From: Squalus acanthias | Taxonomy: Eukaryota | Direction: 5' to 3' | NCBI GenBank assembly: GCA_030390025.1 | Contig: JASTWF010000328.1 | Coordinates: 248,001 to 312,000, forward strand | DNA length: 64,000 nt | Shown here: one piece after another, positions 1 through 13,135 of the stretch | Numbering within the stretch: the first letter of the stretch is position 1 | Layout of the letters: every line of letters begins with the position of its first letter | Notes under the pieces: model-generated | Seen by the model: the letters and a program-made list of their open reading frames with translations, nothing else | The model's database searches: none | Told to the model about the DNA's origin: nothing | Translations under genes and position numbers: made by a program

Positions 1-724
1 CCTTTCATAAAAGCACGTTGACTTTGCCTAATCCTGTTCTGATTTTTAAGTGCCCTGATGCAACTTCCTTAACAATGGATTCCAGCATTTTCCCGATGAC
101 TGATGTCAGGCTAACTGGCCTGTAGTTTCCTGTTTTCTCTCTCACTCCTTTTTGAATAGCGGTGTTACATTTGCGACCTTCCAATCCGCTGGGACCGTTC
201 TAGAATCTAGGGAATTTTGGAAGATCGAAACCAATGCATCCGCTATCTCTTCAGCCACCTCTTTTAGAACCCTAGCATGTATGTCATTAGATCCAGGGGA
301 TTTGTCGGCTTTTAGTCCCATTAGTTTCTCTAGCACTTTTTCTCTACTTATATTAATTATGTTTTTTTTAAACTTGGTTCTGCACCTTTTTTAAAATGCT
401 TTTTGTGTCTTCTACTGTGAAGACAAGTATTTGTTTAAGGTTTCTGCCATTTCCTTATTCCCTGAATAATTTCTCCTGTCTCAGCCTCTAAGAGACCAAC
501 GTTTACTTTCACTACTCTCTTCCTTTTTACATACTTGTAGAAGCTCTTACAATCTGCTTTTATATTTCTTGCTAGTTTTCTCATATTCTATTTTTGCCCT
601 TATCCATTTTTTGGTCAACCTTTGCAGGTTTCTGAAACTCTCCCAATCCTCAGACTTACTATTATTCTTTGCAACATTATAAGCTTCTTCTTTGAATCTA
701 ATGCTATCCTTAACTTCTTTAGTT
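1..724 (-). mobile_element. CR1 LINE ORF2 fragment (EN-RT linker and start of RT), degraded
   Basis: ORF 142..336: LMGLKADKSPG...VPADWKVANVTPLFKK; frameshifted flanks. Confidence 0.9.
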
Positions 725-725
725 A

Positions 726-1292
726 GGGTGGGGGGTGGAGGCCTGGGCCAGTGTGGGGGGGTGCGGAGTGCTGGGCCGGAGGGGGCAGCGGGGGCCTGGG
801 CCAGTGTGGGGGGGGGGGGGGGTGGTTGCGGAGTGCTGGGCCGGAGGGGGCAGCGGGGGCCTGGGCCGGTGGATTGGGCGGGTATCTGGGACAGTGAGGC
901 GGCGGGTAGCTGGGCCGGTGGAGGGGGTATCGGGGGGCTGGGCCAGTGGAGGGAGTGGGTATCTGGGCCAGTGAGGGGGCGGGGCGGCTGGGCCAGTGAA
1001 GGGGGCGGGGGGGCTGGGCCAGTGGAGGGGCGGGTATCTGGGCCAGTGGAGGGGCGGGTATCTGGGCCAGTGAAGGTGGCGGGGGGGCTGGGCCAGTGGA
1101 GGGGCGGGTATCTGGGCCAGTGAAGGGGGCGGGGGCCTGGGCCAGTGAGGTGGCGGGGGGCTGAGCCAGTGAAGGGGGCGGGGGCCTGGGCCAGTGAAGG
1201 GGGCGGGGGCCTGGGCCAGTGAGGTGGCGGGGGCCTGGGCCAGTGAGGTGGCGGGGGGCTGAGCCGGGTGGGGGTGGGGGCTGTGCCCGTGG
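726..1292. repeat. G-rich minisatellite, ~20-22 nt units with core CTGGGCCAGTG
   Basis: Visible tandem reiteration of ctgggccagtg separated by G runs. Confidence 0.9.
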
Positions 1293-1859
1293 GGTGACGG
1301 AGGAACAACATCACTTGAATTGTACAGGATCGGTCAGAAGGTAAGTTCCATGTTGCTGAGCCTCACTGCAAATAAAAGATGCTTTGAATGGGATGTGTGA
1401 TAAATGGATGAGGGAGAAAGGAATATAAGGTTATGCTGATGGGGTTAGATGAAGAGCGCTGGCAGCAGGCTCGTGTGGACCATAAACACCGGCACAGGCC
1501 ACTTGGGCTGAATAGCTTGTTTCTCTGCTGATAATTCCATGTAAAACAGGAGGTGACGATGCCGCATTTTCTGAGGGAGTTTCGTATAAAGAGAACATCA
1601 GAAGCTTTGCTCTTATTCTGTAGCCTGCAAAATGCAAACTCCTCCGGTGGAACTGGGAGATTCCAGTCGCCCAGCCAGAGCCCGTGGAAGAATCTGTAAA
1701 AGTGAAATGAGTTCAACTGATTCTATAACATTGAATCACAAATAGGGTTTGTGTATTTCAGAAGAGAGGGTTTGATCGGAGACTCGTCCCGTTTGACACG
1801 TGGCTGAAGCGTTCGGCAGGTGCATCTCCATCCCCAGCCTCCCTTTCCTCAATGTTTTG

Positions 1860-2820
1860 TCGCTTCCCGAATTTCTGCCCATCTTTTTCACAGCCTCATG
1901 TTTGAATCTGTCCAATCGGGTTTCTGCTCCTGCCACAGCACTGAGACTGTGACCGTGGTAAACTATCCTTCCTCATTCTTCTCGACCTCTGCCGTCTTTG
2001 ACACGGTCGAGCACAACATCCACCAACGCCTCCCCTCCGTGGTCCAGCTCGGTGGGACTGCCCTCCCCTCCGTGGTCCAGCTCGGTGGGACTGCCCTCCC
2101 CTCCGTGGTCCAGCTCGGTGGGACTGCCCTCCCCTCCGTGGCCCAGCTCGGTGGGACTGCCCTCCCCTCCGTGGTCCAGCTCGGTGGGACTGCCCTCCCC
2201 TCCGTGGTCCAGCTCGGTGGGACTGCCCTCCCCTCCGTGGCCCAGCTCGGTGGGACTGCCCTCCCCTCCGTGGTCCAGCTCGGTGGGACTGCCCTCCCCT
2301 CCGTGGTCCAGCTCGGTGGGACTGCCCTCCCCTCCGTGGTCCAGCTCGGTGGGACTGCCCTCCCCTCCGTGGTCCAGCTCGGTGGGACTGCCCTCCCCTC
2401 CGTGGTCCAGCTCGGTGGGACTGCCCTCACTTGGTTCCACTTTTACCATCCAGTCGTAGCCAGAGAATCTCCATCAATGGCTTCTCTTCCCGCTCCCGCA
2501 CTGTTCCCTCTGGAGTCCCCCATGGATCTATCCTCGCCCCCTCCTATTTCTCATCTACGTGCTGCCCCTTGGAGACAGCCGAAGACAAGTGGTCAGCTTT
2601 CACATGTACCCTGACACCACTCTGCTCCACATCTCCACCAGCTCTCTCCAACCCTCCACTGACTCTGCTTCCTCACGCTGCTTGTCCGACATCCATCTGT
2701 GATGAGCTACACATTTCTCCAATTAAACATTGGGAAGACCAAAGACATGGCCTTCAGCCCCTGCCAGGAATTCTGTTCCCTCCCCGTCCCAATCAGTGTC
2801 TCAGATTTAAACATGCTGTT
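1860..2820 (+). mobile_element. L2-type LINE RT fragment
   Basis: SAVFDTVEHNI and SGVPHGSILAP relics; paralogous to 19690-20300. Confidence 0.75.
2030..2425. repeat. 33-nt minisatellite, 12 copies (ctcccctccgtggtccagctcggtgggactgcc)
   Basis: LPSVVQLGGTA x12 in the ORF track. Confidence 0.97.
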
Positions 2821-4421
2821 CGCACGTGATATCAAGAAATGGCTGACTGCACTGGATACAGCAAAGGCTATGGGCCCCGACAACATCCCAGCTATTGTGC
2901 TGAAGACTTGTGCTCCAGAACTAGTCGCGCCTCTAGCCAAGCTGTTCCAGTACAGCTACAACACTGGCATCTATCCGACAATGTGGAAAACTGCCCAGGT
3001 ATGTCCTGTCCACAAAAAGCAGGACAAATCCAACCCGGCCAATTACCGCCCCATCAGTCTACCATCAATGAAGAGCAAAGTGATTGAAGGTGTCGTCGAC
3101 AGTGCTATCAAGCGGCACTTACTCACCAATAACCTGCTCACTGATGCCCAGTTTGGGTTCCGCCAAGACCACTCGCCTCCCGACCTCATTACAGCCTTGG
3201 TCCAAACATGGACAAAGGAGCTGAATTCCAGAGGAGAGGCGAGAGTGACTGCCCTTGACAAAAAGGCAGCATTTGACCGAGTGTGGCATCAAGGAACCTT
3301 AGTAAAACTGAAGTCAATGGGAATCAGGGGGAAAACTCTCCACTGGCTGGAGTCATACCTAGCACAATGGAAGATGGTTGTGGTGGTTGAAGGTCAATCA
3401 TCACAGCCCCAGGACATCGCTGCAGGAGTTCCTCAGGGCAGTGTCCTTGCCCAACCATCTTCAGCTGCTTCATCAATGACCTTCCCTCCAAACTAAGTTC
3501 AGAAATGGGAATGTTCGCTGATGACTGCACAGTGTTCAGCGCCATTCACAACCCCTCAGATAATGAAGCAGTCCATGCCCGTATGCAACAAGACCTGGAC
3601 GACGTCCAGGCTTGAGCTGATAAGTGGCAGGTAACATTCGCGCCACAGAAGTGCCAGGCAATGACTATCTCCAACAAGCGAGAGTCTAACCACCTCCCCT
3701 TGACATTCAATGGCATTTTCATCACCGAATCCCCCACCATCAACAACCTGGGGGGTCACCATTGATCAGAAACTTAACTGGACCAGCCACATAAATACTG
3801 TGGCAACAAGAGCAGGTCAGAGGCTAGGTATTCTGCGGCGAGTGTCTCACCTCCTGACTCCCCAAAGCCTTTCCATCTTCTACAAGTCACAAGTAAGGAG
3901 TGTGATGGAATACTCTCCACTTGCCTGGATGAGTGCAGCTCCAGCGACACTCAAGTAGCTCGACACCATCCAGGGCAAAGCAACCCGTTTGATTGGCACC
4001 CCATCCACCTTAAACATTCACTCCCTCCACCACCGGCGAACCATGGCTGCAGTGTGTACCATCTACAAAATGCACTGCAGCAACTCGCCAAGGCTTCTTC
4101 GGCAGCACCTCCCAAACCCGCGACCTCTTCCACCTAGAAGGACAAAGGCAGCAGGCGCATGGGAACACCACAAACTCCAAGTTCCCCTCCAAGTCACACA
4201 CCATCCTGACTTAGAAGTATATCGCCGATCCTTCATTGTCGCTACTCAAAATCCTGGAACTCCCTCCCTGACAGCACTGTGGGAGTACCTTCACCACACG
4301 GACTGCAGCGGTTCAAGAAGGCGGCTCACACCACCTTCTCAAGGGCAATTAGGGATGGGCAATAAATCGTGGCCTTGCCAGCGACGCCAGATGCCATTAG
4401 CGAATAAAAATGTAAAAAAAA
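2821..4421 (+). mobile_element. CR1-group LINE ('family 2'): RT, 3' end and A-tail; 5' part missing
   Basis: ORF 2699..3496 with [28 protein letters not shown]-rich tail near 4405-4421. Confidence 0.92.
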
Positions 4422-4814
4422 ATTTATGTGATGGACAATGGAGGCATGGAACATGGAAAAGGATGCCAGATGAGACTATATAGAATGCTGTGGGAAGGTG
4501 AACGATGGACAAGGAAGGGTTACACACCATGGTCACAGTGACAGAGATTGTAGTTTGTGACTGTTCAGGGCAGATTAGATTAACATCGAAACTGCAGCAG
4601 AGAAACAGTCCATTCGGCTCAAGTGGTCTATGCTGTGTCTATACTGCACGGGAGCCTCCTCCCACTCTAATTACATCTTGACACCGTGTCCACATATACG
4701 TTCGAGGGCGTTAGACTCGCGACATCAATATTAAATAACATGCAGAACGCCGGAGATCCCATCCTCCTGGAATGAATTGAGTGAGTTTGTCGCACTCCCC
4801 TCACTTCAGAAAAA

Positions 4815-5765
4815 AATGAGGTCATTCACGTTGGACCTAAAAAGGATAGATCAGAGAATTTTCTAAATGGTTAGAAGTTAGGAACTATGGATGAGCAGAG
4901 AGAACTAGGGGTCCAAGTACAGAAATCACTAGAAGCTAGTTGATACCAAAAATAAGTAAAATGCTAATGGAATGTTGGGCTTTATCTCGAGGGCTGGAAT
5001 ACAAAGGGGTAGAAGTTCTGTTCCAGCTGTACAGAGCTCTGGTTAGACCACATTTAGAGAACCGCACCTCGGGAACAATATCTTGGCTTTGGAGATGGTG
5101 CAGCTCAGATTCACCAGAACGATACTGGGGCTAAAACTTTAAATTATGAGGATAGATTGCATTGACGAAGCTTTTATTCCCTTGATTATACAAAGTTAAG
5201 GGGTGATCTAATTGAGGTGTTTAAGATGATCAAAGGAATTGCTAGCATAGAAAGAGTTAAACTATGTCCTTTGGTGGACTAGTCCAGGAAAAGGGGGCAT
5301 AACCTTAAACGCAGAGCGAGGCCGTTCAGGGGTGATGTTGGAAAGCATTTCTTCAGACACAGTGTAGTGGAAATCTGGAACACTCGCCCTCAGAAAGCTG
5401 TTGAGTTTCGGTCAATTGAAAATGACAAAACTGTCATTGATAGATTTATGTTAGGCAATGGTATTAGGGTTATGGAACCAAGGCGGGGAGATGGAGTTAA
5501 GATACAGCTCAGCCATGATCGAATTGAAAGGAGTGAAGAGTGAATGAATGGCCTACTCCTGTTCCTATGTTCCTATATTCCTATTCCTCTATTTATAAAG
5601 CCAATGGTCTCGTATACTTTTCTAAATGCTTAAGGCAATGGTACTTAGGGTTATAGAACCAAGGCGGGGAGATGGAGTTAAGATACAGCTCAGCCATGAT
5701 CGAATTGAATGGAGGAACAAGCTAGAACGAATGAGTGGCCTACTCCTGTTGCTATGTTCCTGTGT
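4815..5765 (+). mobile_element. Degraded CR1 3' fragment with a tandemly duplicated 3' end
   Basis: [14 protein letters not shown]; tail gttcctatgttcctat. Confidence 0.8.
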
Positions 5766-5769
5766 CTCT

Positions 5770-6950
5770 ATTTATAAAGCCAATGCTCCCATATACGTTT
5801 CTAAAAGCCTTATCGTCCTGTCCTGCCACCGTCAAAGATTTCTGTATCTATACCCCAAGTTTTACTGTTCCTGCAACCCCTTTAAATTGTACAAGTTGGT
5901 TTAAATTGCATCGCCTCATTCTTCCTTCCAAAATGCAGCATTTCACACTTCTCTGCATTAAATTTCACCTGCCATGTGTCTACCCATTTCACCAGTGTCT
6001 CTATTTCCTCCTGAAGTCTTCTGCTATCCTCCTCACGGTTTACGACTTTTCTGAGATTCGTGCCATCGACAAACTTTTAAATTATGCCCTGTATACCTAA
6101 GTCCATGTCACTGAAATATATCAAATAGCAGTGGTCCTAATGCCGACCCCTGGGAACACTGTATACTTCCCTCCAGTGTGAACAATATCGGTTCACAACT
6201 ACTGTCTGTTTTCTGTCCCTTCACCAATTTAGTATCCACGCTGCCACTGCTCCTTTAATATCATTGGCTTCAATTTTGTTAACCAGTCTATTATGAGGTA
6301 CTTTATCAAACGCCTTCTGAAAGTCCATATACAGAACATCAACTGCACTACCTTCATCAACCCTCTCCTATTTCATCGATTAGCTCATTCAAGTCAGCCA
6401 GACTTGATTTGCCTTTTAAAAAAAAAAATCCATTTTGGCTAATTAACCCATGTTCTTCCAACTGACAGTTAATTTTGTTTCGGAAATGTTGTCCCGAGGA
6501 GTTTCCTCAACACCGATGTTAAGCTGAGTCGCCTGTAGTTATTTGGTTCATCACTCTCCACTTTTTTGATCAGGGAAGTAACATTTGCAGCCCTCCCGTC
6601 CTCTCGCACCTTTCCCATATCCAAGGATTGGAAGATTGAGGCAGAGCGGGTGACATTTCTACTTTGAGCCCTGCCAACCGTTTTAGTACATCGTCCTAAT
6701 CTATTTATATCCTCTCCAATTTCTCTACCACCCCCTCCTTTACTGTACGATTGGCAGCATCCTCTCCTTTAGTGAATACGGACGTTAGTAACTCAGCCAT
6801 GTCCTCTGCTTCCACAAGATGATTGCCTTTTTGGTCATTAATCGGCCCCAGCCTTTCCTTGGACTATTCTTTCACGCTTTATATGTTTATAAAAGGAGTT
6901 AGTGTTCCCTATTATGTTACCGCTAATCATTTCTCATACATTCTCCTTGT
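5770..6950 (-). mobile_element. Degraded CR1 ORF2 fragment
   Basis: Reverse-strand DFQKAFDKV and SVFTKGED relics; second copy at about 35250-36430. Confidence 0.7.
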
Positions 6951-7333
6951 CCCTCTGTTGTTGCTGTTGTGTGTTTATTACACTAGTGGCAGCGTTAGTG
7001 AAACAGCAAAGTGCTGAATTTTACAAAGACTCAAACTGGTACTGAATTAACTGAATCGCTTTTACATTTCCACAGTGGGAAAGGTAAGGCCGCTGATTGA
7101 TAGTTTCAATGGACGCACGTGCGCGGGCACACACACAAATGGAGAATTATGATTGTAAAACAGCAGTCAAATCCACCAGTTGTATATTCATGGTGTTTTC
7201 TGAGATCCCAGAGCTACCAGCTGCTGTACTGATAGGGGAGGAGGGACTTGATATCATGTTTATCGAGGCAACGTTCTCCTTCTCATTTTAATATTTCCGT
7301 CGAACCCTCCTATTAATATTGTATTTTTTACAG

Positions 7334-7429
7334 AGCATCATAATCTGGGAACGCCTGTCACCACCATGGCTGAAGGTCCAGACAGGGGAGAAGATCCAAC
7401 ATCTTCAACAAGAATGAGGAGGGACACAG
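7334..7429 (+). CDS. NLR leader exon 1A (ATG 7366; [21 protein letters not shown])
   Basis: tttttacag acceptor, ccaccATGG Kozak, CAG|gtagat donor; identical to exon 1B. Confidence 0.75.
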
Positions 7430-7529
7430 GTAGATTCACAAAATACTTTAAATACAATTTCTGTCCCGACAAAGGGTCCAGATCTCGTGCCTGAACCTGT
7501 AGCTCATACAGGAAGAGGGAACAGGACAG

Positions 7530-8480
7530 GGGCTGAGTACAAAGAGGGGAGTGAGTGACCATCTAGAGGGACACTGCAGTCACAGGTGGAGGAAGCCCCT
7601 GAGTACTGGAACTGTCCAATGGATACCTGGCTTTGGCTCTGTAAGTTGGATAGAGACAGTGACTCAGAGGATCGTCTTCCTGAGCAACAGTGTGGCACCA
7701 GAGAGCAGGAGGCCACCCAGCGGGGCGAGAGTGAGAGGCAGGTGGGGCACAGGAATAGGAGAGCGATACTGGTGGCAGATTGTATAGTCGGGGGAATAAA
7801 CAACCGCTTCTGTACCCCTGAGCAGGTCCTGAATAGTTAGTTACCTCCCTGGTGCCAGTGGGAATAACATCTTTGACCGGGTGGGACCACCTCTGGGAAG
7901 CAAGGGAGAGCAGTAAATAGCCATGTTCGGAACCAGTAACACGGATAGAAATACCTTTATAGAGGGACTATTAAGACTGAGGCACAAAACTAAGAAACCA
8001 GGCCTCAAGCTGTTGATCTCCAGATTGTTTTGCACTGGGCTGCTTAATACGGGTAATATGAGGCAGGTCATTGTGTGGCTGAAGGGCTGGAGCAGGAGGG
8101 GAGCGTTCACGTTCTTGGGGCACTAGAGTGAGTTCCGATGGAAGGGAAGGGACGACCGGCATCTGTACCGACCAACAATAATGGTTTTACAGAAAAGGTG
8201 AATGGAGCAGTGGGAGGGTATCAGGGGATGTGACTGGAGATTGGGAAATATCCGGATCAGAGACGAGAGAGCGTAATTAATAAAAATGCTGGAGTTGAAA
8301 CAGAAGATTTAAGAAATAGTGAAAAGTTATTGGCAAGAAAAAGGAAAGAAGATTTGAAATAGTGAGAGATAAAGTTGAGTTTTTAAAAAGAAGAAACTGG
8401 GACAAGTCAACATTCCAAATGTTGGAGCTAGTATTGAGTTGTGTATGTGAGTGTACAAATCATTCCAAACATTCAGAAGC
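7530..8480 (+). mobile_element. Old CR1-type ORF1 (esterase-like) relic in NLR intron 1
   Basis: [19 protein letters not shown] resembles RAIVIGDSIVRGIDRRFC; related copies at about 9650, 25600 and 37010. Confidence 0.55.
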
Positions 8481-9874
8481 ATGAGAGATGTGATCTAGTA
8501 TCTACAAGACAGGGCCTTGGTTTTCACAGGATTCAGAGGGAGATGTTTCTCGTGATAACTTTTTGAGGGAAGAGTAAAAAATGTGCGGCCGCCAGTATTA
8601 ATAAAGCATTCTATGACAACGCGAGAACAACAAGAAGAACAAACTGGCGTTTATATAGCGCCTTTAATGTTGAAAAACGTCTCAAGGTGCTTCACAGGAG
8701 TGTTATCAATCAAAATTTGACACCGAGTCAAATAAGGTGATATTAGGACAGGTGAGAAAACGCTTGCTCAAAGAGGTAAGGTTTAAGGAACGTCTGAGAG
8801 AGCGAGAGAGAGAGAGAGGTGGAGGGGTTTAGAACATACGGGTGTTCCAGGGACCAATGCTAAGATGGAATCCATATGTACGCAGTTCAGCAATAGGAAC
8901 GGAGATAGCACAATTCTCAGTGGGTTTTGCAGGTCAGCGAGCAGTGGAGGTGAAATAGAGGTGGGACTGGGGAAACTAGTTCACTGTAGAGAAGGATTTG
9001 GACCTGAGTAAAATAGACGAGGTGGAGAAGTCACTGGGCTCAGAAATAATGCACCCCAGACTGTTAGAGGAAGTCAGAGAGGAGATAGGAGGGACTGACC
9101 ACAGCATTTCAACCAACGTTTAAGATCAAAATATACAGGTGGACTGAAGGAGCCCAAGTGATGTTTCTGTTCTAATGTGGAGAGTGGATTAACCTGGTAA
9201 CCAGAGACAATTGTGTAGAAACTGCTCAAATCTGCTAATCCATGTCGAATTAGCGAGAAAGAGAATGATGAGGGGAGGCTGGTACAGATTAGCTGTAGAA
9301 AAGTCGTGTTTGACAATTTTTGTGAACAATGAGGGACAGGTAAAGACCCTTTGGTCCATCCAGACTTTCCCAGGCAATTGCGATACTTTGTCTCCCTATC
9401 CCAAATAAAACCACGTGATCTCCTGGGTGAGGTGGAAAACAGATAAAAACACAGGCCAATTTGGGGGATCAAAATACGGGAAGTTCCTCTCCAACCCATC
9501 TACCTAAATATATTCAAAGATATAAACAAAGGTGGTGCTCCACCTCACTGTTTAAAGTTACACGATTCATAACATTCTACATTAGTGTTAATATTAGTGG
9601 AACAGCGGTAAATGTCCTCACCTCCTACAGTGCTCATTGGTGAGGTGCGTTTATAGAGGGACTATTAAGGCTGAGGCTTTAGAGTAAAAATCAAGGAGGT
9701 GATTGTATTGCACTGGACTGCTTATGGACGGAAATATGAGGTAGGTCATTGTGTGGCTGCAGGGCTGGAGCAGGAGGGGAGCGTTCACATTCTTGGGGCA
9801 CTAGAGTGAGTTCAGGGAGAAGCGAAGGGACGGCCGCCATCTGAACTGACCAACAAACATGATTTTCCAAAATG

Positions 9875-10357
9875 AAAAAGAATTGCATTTATATAGCGCC
9901 TTTCACAACCACCGGACATCTCAAAGCGCTTTACAGCCAGTGAAGTACTTTTTGAAGTGTAGTTGCTGTTGTAATGTGGGAAACACGGCAGCCAATTTGC
10001 GCACAGCAAGATCCCACACGCAGCAAGATCCCGCACGCAGCAATGTGATAATGACCAGATAGTCTGTTTTAGTAATGCTGATTGAGGGATAAATATTGGC
10101 CAGGACACCAGGGATCACCCCCCTGCTCTTCTTCAAAATAGTGTTATGGGATCTTTTACGTTCACCTGAGAGAGCAGATGGGTTCTTGGTTTAGCATATC
10201 ATCTGAAACACGGCACCTCCGACAGTGCAGCACTCCTTCAGTACTGCACTGAGTGTCAGCCTAGATATTTGTGCTGAAGTGCCAAGAGTGAGACTTGAAC
10301 CCACAACCTTCGTGACTCAGGGGCGAGTGTGCTGTCCACTGAGACACAGCTGACACT
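9875..10357 (-). mobile_element. tRNA-derived SINE with L2-type tail (SacSINE1/DeuSINE-like)
   Basis: On the minus strand: A-box-like tgtctcagtgg, B-box-like ggttcaagtc, tail aaggcgctatataaatgcaa. Family name is from recall. Confidence 0.75.
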
Positions 10358-11203
10358 CTGGGAATGGGTGAATGGAGCAGTGGGAGGGTCACTCAGGGGC
10401 GAGTGTGCTACCCACTGAGACACTGAGACACAGCTGACACTCTGGGAATGGGTGAATGGAGCAGTGGGAGGGTATCAGCTGATTTGACTAAAGGGTGAGA
10501 AACATCCGGATTTGAGGCTAAATTGCAGAATGACTAAAACTGTTGAAACAGGAGCACTTGGGTAGGGGTTTCCATGATGTTGACCCAGCGATGATGAGGA
10601 ACGGCGATATATGTCCAAGTCAGGTCGGTTTGTGACTTGGTGGGGAAATGGGAGCCGGTGGTGTTCCCATGCACCTTCTGCCTTTGTCCTCCTGGGTGCT
10701 GTGATCGATTAACTATGAGACAGGACTTAGGTTTGAACGGGACTCGGAGCGAAACAATCCTGATTATAACATTTTGAGGAGAGTGAAAAAATATTTGTGG
10801 ATGCCAGTATTACTAAAGGGTTCTATGTCCGCCCTGGAACACTAGGATTCTCCCTGGAGTTATGTTAAATAGAATCTATATGTATACAACTAAGGAATAG
10901 GAAGGGGAATAGGACATTTCGCGGTGGGTTTTGCAGGCTATCGAGCAGTGGAGATGAGATAGAGAGCGAGGACTGTGTTGTGAGTAAACTCCTGGAATCT
11001 GTATTTGAAGGTCAAATTCGTGAACATTTATTGATACAGGGGATGATCGCGGTGGCTGGAACCGATGAGCTGTAGACAAGTCGTGTTTGACAAATGTTCA
11101 CACTGTTTTTAAGAATTGGCTATATCGATCGATGGAATGTAGCGCATGTGATGTCTGTGGGTTTTCAGAAGGTGTTTGTTAATGTGGTTCTTTGTGTTCA
11201 CAG

Positions 11204-11370
11204 ATCCGAAGTCGACAATCAATAAGTTCTTCACAAAGTGCGACGATTACCAGCGGTTCCAGTTGACGAAATTCTACCGGGACAGACTGCAACAGGCGGT
11301 TGAAGAGGGTGTGGAGAGACTCGGTCTCTGGTTAACAGCCGAGGACCATTTCAGTGGGCAAGAGTATCAC
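11204..11370 (+). CDS. NLR exon 2A (N-terminal half of CARD-like domain)
   Basis: cacag acceptor, gtaagt donor; 167 nt and open, same length as exon 2B; DPKSTINKFFTKCDDYQ...HFSGQEYH. Confidence 0.8.
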
Positions 11371-12639
11371 GTAAGTGGGAGGGACACAGAATGAGTTTAG
11401 ATTATTCTAATATCACAGTACTGACAGAATATCCTAACATAGGAACAAAGGAATTACTCGATTGAAAAAAGATCAAGGTCTATGTAACTCCCCTCCTAAC
11501 ATCCTGATAACCGAATGCTACAATGATAATATAGTTGTTGACTAATCGATCTCGATCAATTAATCTACAACAGACCCAGACCTGAGGTGAGGAAACCCCA
11601 GAGGTGGAGAGCTCTGTGAACCAGAGGTCAAAAGTCACCTGTTCCTTTCAAGCATGCTAAACTTACCACATCTCATATCTCAAATTACTCATATACTGCA
11701 CCTCAAAATGTGAGTTTCTGAAATAAATGTTCCTTTTAAAGATTCAATACAAACTGTTTCTGCAATCTCCCCAGGAAGCCTGTTCCCCAGATTGATCACT
11801 CGCTCACTGAAATATTGTTTCCACAGACTAGTTTTGAATTTACCCTCCAAGCGCAGGCCGTGTCCTCTGTTTCTACTTTATTGGGCAAAGTGAAACAGCA
11901 ATTATATCACCTCTCAAACTTCTCTCTTCCAGTGAGAACATGCCCAATTTACACAATAGCTCCTCCTAATCCAACCCCTCCACCCTCTCAATCACTCGAA
12001 TTGTTCACTTCAGTGGCTTTGATAACCTTTTGTACTGAGACAATCAGAACTGTACACAGTATCTAAGTGCGGTCACACCAATGATTAATAAATAACAGGA
12101 TTATCTCACTATTTCGGCTCAAAAATGTTAATAAACGCCAACATCGCATGTACTTTATTCACTGCCACCGAGAACAGTTGAAACAACAAATCTTAGAATC
12201 ATGTAATGTAACAGAACATGAACCTGAAAAATAGGGAAGAAATACATAAAACTGCAAATATTGTGAATCTGAAACAATGATGCGATAGAGGTGAAAATAC
12301 TTGGCGGATCCGTCAGTATCTGTACAAAGGACAGGCCCGGTTCGGGTATTACTCTAGAGTGGATGGAAAGCAAAAGGGGAACCGTTTTATTGGGACGAGG
12401 AAAAGGAGAGACCAGAGACAATAGACAGGAGTTAGAGGGAAGGCAACGAGCTGAGTGATCAGGAAAGTACTGAATAGTAAATCGGGGAAAGGTTAGATGA
12501 CACAAAACACATCCCCTTGTGGGTTAAACAAATGGTATTAAAAACACAGGAGCTCAAATGATGAAAATGCATAAGATTCACACAGGGAAACAACCCAGAA
12601 ATAACTGTGGATGGAAAAGTCAGACCGCTCCCAACTCGA

Positions 12640-13135
12640 CGCTGCTCACTACCCATTACCGTTAATATCCCACCTAGTCTAATCCCAACCTACTGCTCAC
12701 TACCCATTACCGTAAATAACCCACCTAGTCTAATCCCAACCTCCTGCTCACTACCCATTACCGTTAAAATCCCACCTAGTCTAATCCCAACCTCCTGCTC
12801 TCTGCCCATTACCGTTAATATCCCACCTAGTCTAATCCCAACCTCCTGCTCACTACCCATTACCGTTAAAATCCCACCTAGTCTAATCCCTACCTCCTGC
12901 TCACTACCCATTACCGTTAATATCCCACCTAGTCTAATCCCAACCTCGTGCTCACTAACCATTACCGTTAATATCCCACCTAGTCGAATCCCAAACTCCT
13001 GCTCACTACCGATTACCGTTTATATCCCACCTAGTTTAATTCCAACCTCCTGCTCACCACCCTTACCGTTAATATCCCACCTAGTCTAATCCCAACCTCC
13101 TGCTCACTGCCCATTACTGTTAAAATCCCACCTAG
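12640..13135. repeat. 51-nt minisatellite, ~9-10 copies
   Basis: [17 protein letters not shown] repeats in the ORF track. Confidence 0.95.
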
